Below, piece after piece: positions 1 through 8,902 of a stretch of DNA of 64,000 nucleotides. The stretch's first letter is position 1. Each line of letters starts with the position of its first letter. Where the stretch lies: the IMG/VR virus record IMGVR_UViG_3300003690_000002, positions 1 to 64,000 of that record; one strand, written 5' to 3'. Below the pieces are notes generated by a model that was not told the origin of the DNA, searched no databases, and saw only the letters and a list, made by a program, of their open reading frames with translations. A program made the translations under genes and the position numbers. This DNA comes from a virus.

Positions 1-600
1 GTTTGGTGTAAAAGTTAAACCGCTTAAGGCACCAAGAAGACCTGAAACTGCGACTCCTCCCGAACTTCTAACTTCACGAAGTGTACGTAAATTTTCTTTT
101 AGCGCTTGCATTTTTTCGGTCGATTTACTGGAGGCTATAGATTGCTTGGTCAGATCTCCTATTGTTTCACTATAGGCACTTTCTTGATCTAATGTGGCAG
201 CTCCGCCAACACTTTGAATTAAATTCATAAATTTAATTCTAAAAAGTGGTGGAGATTGAATTGCAGATACTGCATCTGGGTTATTAGAGCTAGCATCGCC
301 GCTATATGATGGGTACAGCATAGAAGACAGCAGCGCACAATCTCCTAAATTTGCAACAGCTTCTTCCGCTGTGCTGGCTAGAACAGTCCACCCTAAAGAA
401 ATTTTTCTTTGAGTTTGGGTAAAAACCATTATTGGATCCATCCTGCCATATACATCATGGCTTTCCCACTTAGAATCCCAGGTATCTGAATAAGTTGTTA
501 AAAAAGCTTTAAAAGAAACCGTTGATTTTGATACTAAATGAAAAAAATCAATTTTTAAGCCAAATTCTTTTTGTGAGTCTGTAAGGTCAATTAATGCCAT
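1..600 (-). CDS. Baseplate tail-tube initiator-like protein (gp48/gp54-like), 3' end outside window
   Basis: Not in the ORF track. Manual translation from ATG at 600 gives 200 open codons to the edge: MALIDLTDSQ...SFKAFLTTYSDTWDSKWESHDVYGRMDPIMVFTQTQRKISLGW. The FxAFLT..SD...W....YGR.DP...F....R.ISL pattern is typical of tube-fold initiators; it directly follows the tape measure gene. Confidence 0.6.
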   Translation of the reverse strand, partial: MALIDLTDSQKEFGLKIDFFHLVSKSTVSFKAFLTTYSDTWDSKWESHDVYGRMDPIMVFTQTQRKISLGWTVLASTAEEAVANLGDCALLSSMLYPSYSGDASSNNPDAVSAIQSPPLFRIKFMNLIQSVGGAATLDQESAYSETIGDLTKQSIASSKSTEKMQALKENLRTLREVRSSGGVAVSGLLGALSGLTFTPN

Positions 601-612
601 TTGTGCATTTCC

Positions 613-3603
613 TTATATAAATAATCCATGTTTGACAGCCAAGTACTCTTCGGCAGATTCTCCGATTTTAGTTCCATCTAGATTAACTTGTATAATAATT
701 GGCTGTCCTTTTCCACCTCCACCACCAGGCTTGCCAGCACTCTTTCCGCCAACTACTTCTGCTAATTTATCCAGCAACCTTTCAAACGCTGGGGTTGTTG
801 CTGCAGCTTCTTCTTGTATCGCATCCGAATATCTAACAGCTTGAGTTACGAGAGCTTTTGTATTAGTAACTACCTCTGGTGTTACATTTGCTCCAATGGA
901 CTCCATGCTTGTGCCCACGCCTTTTACCATTGTAGTAAATACAATGGCTTTATCAGTTGCTAAATCTCCAACAACATTAACAACTTCTTGCAGTGCGACC
1001 GCCATTAAGCCAATATTGCTAACAGTTTCAGCAGTTACAGTGCTTATTGCAGTAAACATTTCTGTTAGTTTAGCAACGGCTGCAACATTCATTTCTCTAG
1101 TGGCACTGCTAATTAACGTTAGTCCCCACGCGATAGATTCAATACCTCCTACTTTGGCGGCAAGGGCAAGGGCAAGAAAAAGACCTGAAAGCGCACCAAT
1201 AGTTGCAAGATCGATATTAGCCATCGATGCCATTGCTACAGAAAAAGCTTGGAGATCCTCGGTGCTAACTGTCCAAAAGGCAGCTGCAAATATTGCCATC
1301 CCGACTGCCATAGCCATTAATCCACCTGATGCCGCTACTCCACCCAAGCCAATACTGAACATTGCTGCTCCCAATAGGGTCATCTGAGCTACAACTTCTC
1401 CAAGAACCTCATGATTTTCAAGCATTACCGTAAATAACCCAGTAATTGAATCAACAAGTGCGGCAATTGAATACATGATTAAAGCAATTGCAGCGCCAAC
1501 TAAAAACAAAGCGCCACCAAATAACAACATTGGTATTGCAGCAGTCATTGTTACAGGGGCTAATGCCGCAAATGTAGATATCATCACTATCACCGAAGTC
1601 ATTATAACTGCTATAACAGCAACTAATGCCCATGCTTCATGACCCATTCCTTTCATTGCCTCGGCTAAATCGACAATTGCATAAACTAAAAGAACTACTG
1701 ATAATATCACTATCGCAATCGCAACTCCCATAGCTAATTTTGCAGCTACACCTGCCCAAGTTGCACTAGTATTTATTGTTTGTGATGTTGTGTTTATATT
1801 TGTCTGTATTGTATTTACTCCTTTTGCTAGAGAATCTACCTCTTCTGCCACGGTGGAAGCAGCTGTAGCAGTAGTAAATAAACCCTTTACCCAAGCTGCT
1901 GCCGCAGTTATTGCTGTCCATGTCTTTGTCACAGCTGTCCATATCTTTGTAGCTTTAGAGGCTACCCAAATGAATCCAATAAGTGTTATAAGCGTTGGTA
2001 TAAGCCAACCACCTAGCGTTTTATCAAGACTCATTAGTCCATCAAGGAACCAATGAATTGCATTTACCAATGGCATGATTGCATCAACTGCTAGTAATTT
2101 TAATAGCGCCATTTGCTTTTCAAAGACTGGCATGACTGCTCGCGCTCTTTCTTCCATTTCTTTTTGCGACAAAGCTTCTTGTTCTGCAGCTGCAGCAAAT
2201 TTCTCATATTCTGAAGCGCTTGATCCAAGAATTTTTGCTGCTTCGTTCATATCTGAAATTCCTGCGGCGGCTGCCAATGCTTTTTTCTCAAATTTGCCGA
2301 GACTTTGCCAACTTTTACCTGATGCTGTAACACCGTCGCGAAGTAATTGTATTCTTTCTTCTTCGTCCGCAGAGAGCATTTCTACCGTGTTCATATATGG
2401 ACCGCCCAAGATAGCATTTAATTTACCAACTGCCCCTGCCGCATCTTCAAATGTATCAAATTTTTCCATATATGAAATTAATTTACTAGTTTCTACGCCA
2501 GTTGCTTTTGCTGCGGCGGCAACACGTTTAAAAACTTCCGGAGCCTTAGTACCATATGATGCTAACACTGGCATAGATTTCTGCATGCCTTCCATCATTT
2601 CTCGTGGCTGCATATCGATAGCTTTAGCTGTTGCCATAAGTTCTTTTTGAATACGCATCGCCTCTTTACCGCTAAAACCGAGCCCTTTTGTAAAATCATC
2701 TTGTAATTCACCCGTAGTTTCAAACTGTATTCCAAGCTTTTCCATAGTTACAGTAAACTTAGTTACGTCTTCCCGAGCTTGGACATTTAATTCACTAAAA
2801 CCACTCATGCTTCCGTGTAAGGCTTCCATTGCGCCGCCGACATCTTCGAATGATGCTCCGATATCTCGACTAGTAAAATATACGTCATTTAGTGTTTCGT
2901 CATATTTTTGTGTTTGACCCGTAAGTTGCCGTAAAGAAACTCGCGTGTTATCATAAGCCCATAGTGCTTCCATCGTTTGTTCTTTGATACCTAAAAGTAA
3001 AGATCCAAACATGTTTGCTGGAGACATTTGTTCTGCAAACGCGGCTCCAATTGCCTTAAGAGAACCTGCCAAATCATCTGCGAGCATAACGCCGCCCAGA
3101 AAAGTATTTTTCCATCGATCCGTAACACCAGTTAGGCTTTGTAATACATCTTTTGTTATTTCATTCGTTTGTTCTAGTGCATTTATTCGCTGGTGATCTA
3201 GTCTAAGCTGCTCTCTGGATCCTTCTAGTGCTGCCTGTTGGTTTTGGAGTTCTTTGTGTTGTGCTTCAATATAGTCTTTTGCTTCTCGGGTTAACTCTCC
3301 ACGACTTTCTAATTGATCACGCAGTATTAAAAGCTCTCTTTCTTCTTGAGCAAGTGTATCAACTTTATTTTGTAAAAGATCTATATCTTGTTGAAGTTGA
3401 GCTTGGCGAAGCTCTTGATCTAGTTGAAATGACTCTGAAATACCTTTAATAACTTTAAGGCGGTCCCTAACTAAATTTAGTCGTTGCTTTTCTAGTGCAA
3501 TATCATCTTGAACTTGTTGAGCTTGCTGTTCACGCAAAGCCATATTCTCTTCAAGTACCCGTCTGATTTCCTCTTGAATATTTAGTTCATCATTTGGTGG
3601 CAT
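613..3603 (-). CDS. Tail tape measure protein
   Basis: 996 aa; N-terminal coiled coil, Ala/Gly-rich helical middle and several hydrophobic segments; located downstream of tube and chaperone genes. Confidence 0.85.
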   Translation of the reverse strand: MPPNDELNIQEEIRRVLEENMALREQQAQQVQDDIALEKQRLNLVRDRLKVIKGISESFQLDQELRQAQLQQDIDLLQNKVDTLAQEERELLILRDQLESRGELTREAKDYIEAQHKELQNQQAALEGSREQLRLDHQRINALEQTNEITKDVLQSLTGVTDRWKNTFLGGVMLADDLAGSLKAIGAAFAEQMSPANMFGSLLLGIKEQTMEALWAYDNTRVSLRQLTGQTQKYDETLNDVYFTSRDIGASFEDVGGAMEALHGSMSGFSELNVQAREDVTKFTVTMEKLGIQFETTGELQDDFTKGLGFSGKEAMRIQKELMATAKAIDMQPREMMEGMQKSMPVLASYGTKAPEVFKRVAAAAKATGVETSKLISYMEKFDTFEDAAGAVGKLNAILGGPYMNTVEMLSADEEERIQLLRDGVTASGKSWQSLGKFEKKALAAAAGISDMNEAAKILGSSASEYEKFAAAAEQEALSQKEMEERARAVMPVFEKQMALLKLLAVDAIMPLVNAIHWFLDGLMSLDKTLGGWLIPTLITLIGFIWVASKATKIWTAVTKTWTAITAAAAWVKGLFTTATAASTVAEEVDSLAKGVNTIQTNINTTSQTINTSATWAGVAAKLAMGVAIAIVILSVVLLVYAIVDLAEAMKGMGHEAWALVAVIAVIMTSVIVMISTFAALAPVTMTAAIPMLLFGGALFLVGAAIALIMYSIAALVDSITGLFTVMLENHEVLGEVVAQMTLLGAAMFSIGLGGVAASGGLMAMAVGMAIFAAAFWTVSTEDLQAFSVAMASMANIDLATIGALSGLFLALALAAKVGGIESIAWGLTLISSATREMNVAAVAKLTEMFTAISTVTAETVSNIGLMAVALQEVVNVVGDLATDKAIVFTTMVKGVGTSMESIGANVTPEVVTNTKALVTQAVRYSDAIQEEAAATTPAFERLLDKLAEVVGGKSAGKPGGGGGKGQPIIIQVNLDGTKIGESAEEYLAVKHGLFI

Positions 3604-3615
3604 TTATAAAATTCC

Positions 3616-3951
3616 CTATTTTAATGGCCATTTTAACCCAGTCGCTTTTTCGAACTGTTGTACTGCTTGGTCTAATTTGTATTTGCTTTGATATGTTTTT
3701 GGATCATTTAAACCAACTTTTTTAAAAAAGTTTATATAACGCTTTTCCCGACCAAGTACTTTTGTAAGCGATCCAAGTTCTGATTTGGTACCTCGAAGGA
3801 CAATATCTGTACCTGGTACAAAACCAAAGATACGCCTCAAAAGGAGCTTTATCTTAGCAGAAAACATATCAATCCAGCCTTCATTAAGTTCGCCTCTGCG
3901 ATGAGCACCCAAATCGATTATAACTGGAGCTAAATCCTTTTGCTTTTCCAT
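3616..3951 (-). CDS. Hypothetical protein between tail chaperone and tape measure
   Basis: ORF track gives 3981; the ATG at 3951 (MEKQ) has the SD AGGAG and is the likelier start. Ends ...FEKATGLKWPLK. Confidence 0.7.
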   Translation of the reverse strand: MEKQKDLAPVIIDLGAHRRGELNEGWIDMFSAKIKLLLRRIFGFVPGTDIVLRGTKSELGSLTKVLGREKRYINFFKKVGLNDPKTYQSKYKLDQAVQQFEKATGLKWPLK

Positions 3952-4014
3952 TTTTATCTCTCCTAAATTAGAATAAAACAACCTATTAATAATTAGAATA
4001 ATAACTATAAAATA

Positions 4015-4043
4015 AAAGCCGAAATATTAAATATTTCGGCTTT
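4015..4043 (-). terminator. Intrinsic terminator after the tail chaperone frameshift frame
   Basis: Perfect 13-bp inverted repeat aaagccgaaatat/atatttcggcttt with a 3-nt loop, followed by a T-rich tract on the minus strand. Confidence 0.75.
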
Positions 4044-4065
4044 ATATGGGTATTTTTAATATATA

Positions 4066-4282
4066 TTAGCGTCTTTGTGATGATTTACTCTTCGCTTTTT
4101 TCATAATTTTATCATGTTGCTCTTTTTCTTGTTCAAATTGCCTAGTCAGCCGAGCAACAAACCACTCTCTTATTGGTAGTGGTAAATTATATGCTTCAAA
4201 AAAGCTCCATCCGCCATAATATTTTAATAAAAAGAATTGTTCATATACACTTTGAATATATTCATCCTTTAGGCCAAAAAAA
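4066..4282 (-). CDS. gp51-like C-terminal extension of the tail assembly chaperone, probably made by programmed frameshift
   Basis: Open +1 frame FFGLKDEYIQSVYEQFFLLKYYGGWSFFEAYNLPLPIREWFVARLTRQFEQEKEQHDKIMKKAKSKSSQRR*. It has no ATG/GTG/TTG until near its end and begins at a T7 run overlapping the end of the upstream gene. Confidence 0.7.
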
Positions 4283-5134
4283 GTCTGCCGTAAACGGCAC
4301 CTCCATTTCTTGCTCTACATCACATTCTAAACATTCAAAATTTTGTGTTAGGTCTATATTTGGCACAATTTTACTGTAAGTTTCTCTTAAGTATTTTGCA
4401 TCAGATGCGGGCATATTATCAACAAATGAATGGACTGAGTTGCCATCGCTATGACCATTTACAGAAACAATCATTAATTTAAATTGATCTGTAACGGCTG
4501 ATTCTGGCAATTTATGCTTTTTTCTTTTTTCCATAAGTTGCAGTAGCTTTTTTTCATCTGTGCCCAACAACATTCGCATTTCAACATCGACTTTGGATCT
4601 TGGAAGTTTGAGCAAGTAAGTTCCATCGTCTGTTAATGTTGTGCTGTGTTCTTCAAGGTTTTCATCGCCATGCACAATTTTTCCACTGTTTAAATCAAAC
4701 TCAAACTGGGAAGATGCACCACAATTTGGGCATGTAACTTTTGTTTTATAATCGGCTCCATAGCCCGTAATTCTTGCAGCTACCAATATTGCATTTTTGT
4801 CCCCAACTAGAAGATTACTAATATTTATACCTTTATTAACTATAATATTTTGCAAAAACCGATCAACAGCCAAACCTTTTCTTAAAAGTGGCTTCGATGT
4901 TAAAATATCTTCATCTTTTGCTGTCATAAATCGAATCTCAACAGTATCAATCCTGTGTAAAGGATGACCTTCAGGATAAAATCTACCTTGTGATGGTAAA
5001 TCTACAAACTCCGTTGGAGTTGCAAAAGAAAATGTTGCTTGTGATTCATTTTGAGTGCCAGCTAACACTTCAGGTGGAAGAGCGCCAGTATCAGGAGTTT
5101 TGGCTCCGATACGCTCATCATTATTTCTGTTCAT
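4262..5134 (-). CDS. gp26: Baseplate hub / tail assembly chaperone (T4 gp26-like)
   Basis: TPTEFVDLPSQGRFYP, IRFMTAKDEDILT, DKNAILVAARITGYG, two CxxC motifs (CPNC, CLEC), terminal FFWP; follows the tube gene. Confidence 0.8.
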   Translation of the reverse strand: MNRNNDERIGAKTPDTGALPPEVLAGTQNESQATFSFATPTEFVDLPSQGRFYPEGHPLHRIDTVEIRFMTAKDEDILTSKPLLRKGLAVDRFLQNIIVNKGINISNLLVGDKNAILVAARITGYGADYKTKVTCPNCGASSQFEFDLNSGKIVHGDENLEEHSTTLTDDGTYLLKLPRSKVDVEMRMLLGTDEKKLLQLMEKRKKHKLPESAVTDQFKLMIVSVNGHSDGNSVHSFVDNMPASDAKYLRETYSKIVPNIDLTQNFECLECDVEQEMEVPFTADFFWPKG

Positions 5135-5156
5135 TAAAACCTCTTAAATTATTATA

Positions 5157-5762
5157 TTAACTTCCTAAACTAAAGAATTTACCTTTGCCATTCATCTCTG
5201 GATCTGTCGAGATATTTGCTTTGAATGAACCAACATTTAGTTCAGCCCAGTCATACCTTACCGTACATTCAATTTCAGATAGCCCATCTTCTTCATAGCT
5301 TAGTTCACTAAACGCCACTTTAGAAAGCCATGCGTTTTTTAAACTCCATTTCTCAACATCATCTCCATTCGAGTCGATTTGACGAATTATAATGTCTCCT
5401 AGTGATTTAATTGCTTTTCCTTTCGACATTGTAGTAGTATCATCAGCATTAACTGGAGGGTGATACCCAGCAGCAGTTATAATAGCCGCCATATTTGCGG
5501 ATGCATTTGGAGTAACAGGATCGATTAAAGTAAAGCTAACTTCCTCCCATGTAACTCTCCCAGGATAGTAAAAGGTATGGTTAATATATGCATGTTCAGC
5601 AGCGTTAATTGACAAAGTAGGTTTGCCTACCTTTTTAACGATCCATTGGTCGCCTGTTGCAACAACATTTAACAAAAATCTAAATGCTCGTTTTGGATCT
5701 CTTATTGGATTATTTGCGCCATCAACTGTTCTTGTCCAAAAATTTGGGGATTTGTCTGCCAT
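5157..5762 (-). CDS. gp19: Tail tube protein (T4 gp19-like)
   Basis: DPKRAFRFLL, YYPGRVTWEEVSFTLIDP, EKWSLKNAWLSKVAFSELSYE...TVRYDWA; directly after the sheath gene. Confidence 0.9.
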   Translation of the reverse strand: MADKSPNFWTRTVDGANNPIRDPKRAFRFLLNVVATGDQWIVKKVGKPTLSINAAEHAYINHTFYYPGRVTWEEVSFTLIDPVTPNASANMAAIITAAGYHPPVNADDTTTMSKGKAIKSLGDIIIRQIDSNGDDVEKWSLKNAWLSKVAFSELSYEEDGLSEIECTVRYDWAELNVGSFKANISTDPEMNGKGKFFSLGS

Positions 5763-5790
5763 TATTTTTACTCCTTCTGTCCTTCATAGA

Positions 5791-5798
5791 TAAATAGA
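5791..5798 (-). promoter_or_regulatory. Variant late-promoter-like motif (TCTATTTA)
   Basis: One mismatch to ACTAWTTA, 29 nt upstream of the tube start. Confidence 0.4.
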
Positions 5799-5832
5799 TT
5801 ATAATTTAAAAAATTTAAAAAATTAATTTTAT

Positions 5833-8781
5833 TTAATCTGCAAATGCTGCCCCTTGGTTTGTAATTGTAAAGTCAAGTGCTATAAATTCAATTGCTTTAG
5901 CTGGTTTCAAATATACCCGTGCATACATGATATTTCTATCAATTAAGTCAGGAGTTGTGGTAGTTTTATCTAAAACAACTTTGAAGTCCACTAAGCCAAA
6001 ACCAGCTTTAACGCTACCTAAGAATGGCTCAACTTCTGACAAGAAGCGATCCCAAGTAACTTGAATATTTTGATCAAATAATAGCCTCGAAGCCATTCTT
6101 GAGACCTCTTTTTTAACAAAGATCATAAGCCTGCGAATATTAATTCTGTCAAGCGCTGACGAGCGCGCTTGTAAAGTTTTTTGTCCAAAAATTACAAGCC
6201 CTTCGGCGGGGAATGAAGCAATTGGGTTAATATTTGCCTCATAGAGATCATCTCTATTATCCGCTGTTAGCTTATCTCTTACGTTTGTAACTGCTAAACC
6301 TGCAGCCCCTTCGCTTAAGCCGCCTCTTGTAAACCCAGCGGGTGCAAACCATAACGCTGATTGCGCTTCCGCACTTCCAAGGACTCCAAGTGCCACTACA
6401 GACGGAGGTACCCAAACCATAGCTCCGTTAATTCCATCTCGAATTTGGACCCATGGATAATAAGCGCACCCATAACTAGAATCTAACTCACGAGTCTTAA
6501 GGTTGTTGACTGCCGTAGCTACTGTCCCGACTCTATTCGTTAGCGTTGAATTTGTTTCATACTGTGTTTCAAAACCAGAATCAATATCGATTATGGCAAG
6601 AGCATCGCCACGATCTTCACAAGTATTAATTAAGTGCTCTGTTAATTCTGAATTCCGCATGCCGGGTATCGTTGCAACATTAAATTCAACAACTTCTGCA
6701 TCAGAAATTGTATCAATTGCTCTCTTAATTGAATAATACTCATAGCTCGTTAATTCATCACCAGAAATTTGATTCTTTTGAAATGGTTCTTTTTCTACAA
6801 CGTCTAGCCCATCAAACCCACCAAACATTACCGTTGTAAATTTATTGAACCCTCTATCAAGGACGCTTTGATAGCCCCCTGAAAGAGCATTGACCGAAGT
6901 ACCGGCGCCGTGGCTACCGGAATCATAATACATTACTGCAGCCCCAGGCTCGTTTGAACTAGCACTAAGATCATCCATAGTAAATAAGTATTGATATCCA
7001 ACTTTACTATCAGTTTCGGCATCGATTGAGTCTGTGAAGGCACGAATTTGATCTAGTGTACTATCGTCAAAGCGTTGGCTAGATCCCGACCTTGTTAAAT
7101 CAACCCCGAAATAAGCATTTTTCTCATTTGACAATCCGCCCGCTTTGCTGCTTGCTCTTAGAGGAAGTGCTGGGAAGACAAATGAGGCTGTGTAAGCTGA
7201 TTTCTGGCTGGTTTCGGGCTCTCCGGAGGACCCGTAGTACCCACCGGCAGCACCAACGGAGACAAAATTTTCATCTGCCACGCCAAAGGATTCGTTTCGT
7301 GCGCCGCCAGCAGCATAAATGTCATCTGCACCTGCGACCAGCGTCGAGGCGGCGGCGACGACGGTTCGATCCATACCAGCGCCATCAGTTGGAAACGAAT
7401 TTCCACTTAAAATTGTAAAACCATTAAACCTTGGTGGCCCATAGACACCCCAAGGAAGCGCTTCTGGATTAATCGTTCCAGCGTCAACATCTTGGTTCAG
7501 TTCAACCCGAACAAACTTCGACAGGTTTGGATGATTGCCATATTCTCTATATCTCTTATCCGTATCGCTCCAAACAACATGCGAGTCGCCTATTTTCTTA
7601 CCAACAAAATCCATTGAATGCGGATTTAAATTGCATTGCGAGAATCTTTCTATAACTTCCAGTCTATTATCTGTATCTCTTAAAGATCTTATTGTCAGCG
7701 TAAATGATCCATATTTATTGGTATGTGGAGTTTGTGATGCTTTAAGATTTTCAATTGAAATCTTAAGATTATCTTGATTCCATCGTCCAGTGTCTTGAGA
7801 CACAATACGGAAAAGTTTTTGCTGTGATAGAGCCTGGAATCCAGATCCAGAGACTGTAACAAGGTCTTGTCCAATAAACCATCCGGTTTTAGATGAAGCC
7901 ATTTCGCTGTTCATGTTGCCATGGTGATCAGATCCGCTAACTAGCGCAAGAATAACTCCATATTGCTGTCCAGCGGTAGAACTAGTAACATATTGAGCAA
8001 GCGATCTATCGTACGATTCACCAAGCCAATAAGATTCTGTATTGGCAGCTGTTGTAATATTGCTATTTGTTAAAGTTGGATTTGTATTAAAAACTTTTCT
8101 AATGTATTTCTGAGAGTTTCTATTAAAATTAAATGTGTAAGTCTTCGTACTGTCGCCGCCTTTATCAACGACAACTTTAAATTGTTTATCAACACCCGCT
8201 GACTCAATCAAAATAGCGGTACCTTGAGCAGTAATAGAGGCTGTATTGTCGGCTCTTGCGTTCCCGGTCAGTTGTACGCTTCCGGTGTTTAAATACCAAA
8301 CTGCAGCAAGAGAGCCTGTATGGTTAGCGGTTCCGCTCACAGTGGTGTCTTTTTCTACAATAAATAATCCATAAGCACCACCATTTGTAGGCTTAGCAGC
8401 TGTCGGCGAGAGGTTCGTCGCCCAACCTGCGTTACCTGCGTCGGCTCTACCACTATGGTGAGCACCTAAAAGCCTAATAACTGATACCGGATTATTATTT
8501 GTTAAGTATGCCTGCGCTGCATATGCTGCGTAAGTAGGGGCAATAGTATTTCCATTTCTCCACAAATCATCTCCGGAGCCACCAGCTACTGGTTCACCAA
8601 ATATTTCTATAAATTCAGAAAAGGAACTAACAATCACTGGACGCATCGCTGGTCCACGCGCTGTTCTACCAATAACAAGGGGTCCCATTCTCGCTGGGGC
8701 GTTTGGTAACTGGCTATTATCAATTTCATTAATAAAAACACCAGGTGAAACAAATTTAAATTTTTTCACTGTCTCAGACAT
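5833..8781 (-). CDS. gp18: Contractile tail sheath protein (T4 gp18-like)
   Basis: N-terminal FVSPGVFINEIDNS; C-terminal YYPWVQIRD, WVPPSV, WFAPAGFTRG, RDDLYEANINPI, VIFGQKTLQ, SALDRINIRRL, KPAKAIEFIALDF. Confidence 0.95.
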   Translation of the reverse strand: MSETVKKFKFVSPGVFINEIDNSQLPNAPARMGPLVIGRTARGPAMRPVIVSSFSEFIEIFGEPVAGGSGDDLWRNGNTIAPTYAAYAAQAYLTNNNPVSVIRLLGAHHSGRADAGNAGWATNLSPTAAKPTNGGAYGLFIVEKDTTVSGTANHTGSLAAVWYLNTGSVQLTGNARADNTASITAQGTAILIESAGVDKQFKVVVDKGGDSTKTYTFNFNRNSQKYIRKVFNTNPTLTNSNITTAANTESYWLGESYDRSLAQYVTSSTAGQQYGVILALVSGSDHHGNMNSEMASSKTGWFIGQDLVTVSGSGFQALSQQKLFRIVSQDTGRWNQDNLKISIENLKASQTPHTNKYGSFTLTIRSLRDTDNRLEVIERFSQCNLNPHSMDFVGKKIGDSHVVWSDTDKRYREYGNHPNLSKFVRVELNQDVDAGTINPEALPWGVYGPPRFNGFTILSGNSFPTDGAGMDRTVVAAASTLVAGADDIYAAGGARNESFGVADENFVSVGAAGGYYGSSGEPETSQKSAYTASFVFPALPLRASSKAGGLSNEKNAYFGVDLTRSGSSQRFDDSTLDQIRAFTDSIDAETDSKVGYQYLFTMDDLSASSNEPGAAVMYYDSGSHGAGTSVNALSGGYQSVLDRGFNKFTTVMFGGFDGLDVVEKEPFQKNQISGDELTSYEYYSIKRAIDTISDAEVVEFNVATIPGMRNSELTEHLINTCEDRGDALAIIDIDSGFETQYETNSTLTNRVGTVATAVNNLKTRELDSSYGCAYYPWVQIRDGINGAMVWVPPSVVALGVLGSAEAQSALWFAPAGFTRGGLSEGAAGLAVTNVRDKLTADNRDDLYEANINPIASFPAEGLVIFGQKTLQARSSALDRINIRRLMIFVKKEVSRMASRLLFDQNIQVTWDRFLSEVEPFLGSVKAGFGLVDFKVVLDKTTTTPDLIDRNIMYARVYLKPAKAIEFIALDFTITNQGAAFAD

Positions 8782-8843
8782 TCTTCTGTAATCTCCTGTA
8801 CTATTTGATATTTTTTACAAAATTCTACTTTTTTGTTCTTAAA

Positions 8844-8851
8844 TAAATAGT
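8844..8851 (-). promoter_or_regulatory. Putative late promoter motif ACTATTTA
   Basis: Intergenic, 63 nt upstream of the sheath start; the same 8-mer recurs before other late genes. Confidence 0.5.
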
Positions 8852-8902
8852 TGTAAAGTTCTTCAAAATCCTCTTTAAAATTTAAAATTAAAAATCATTC
8901 GA

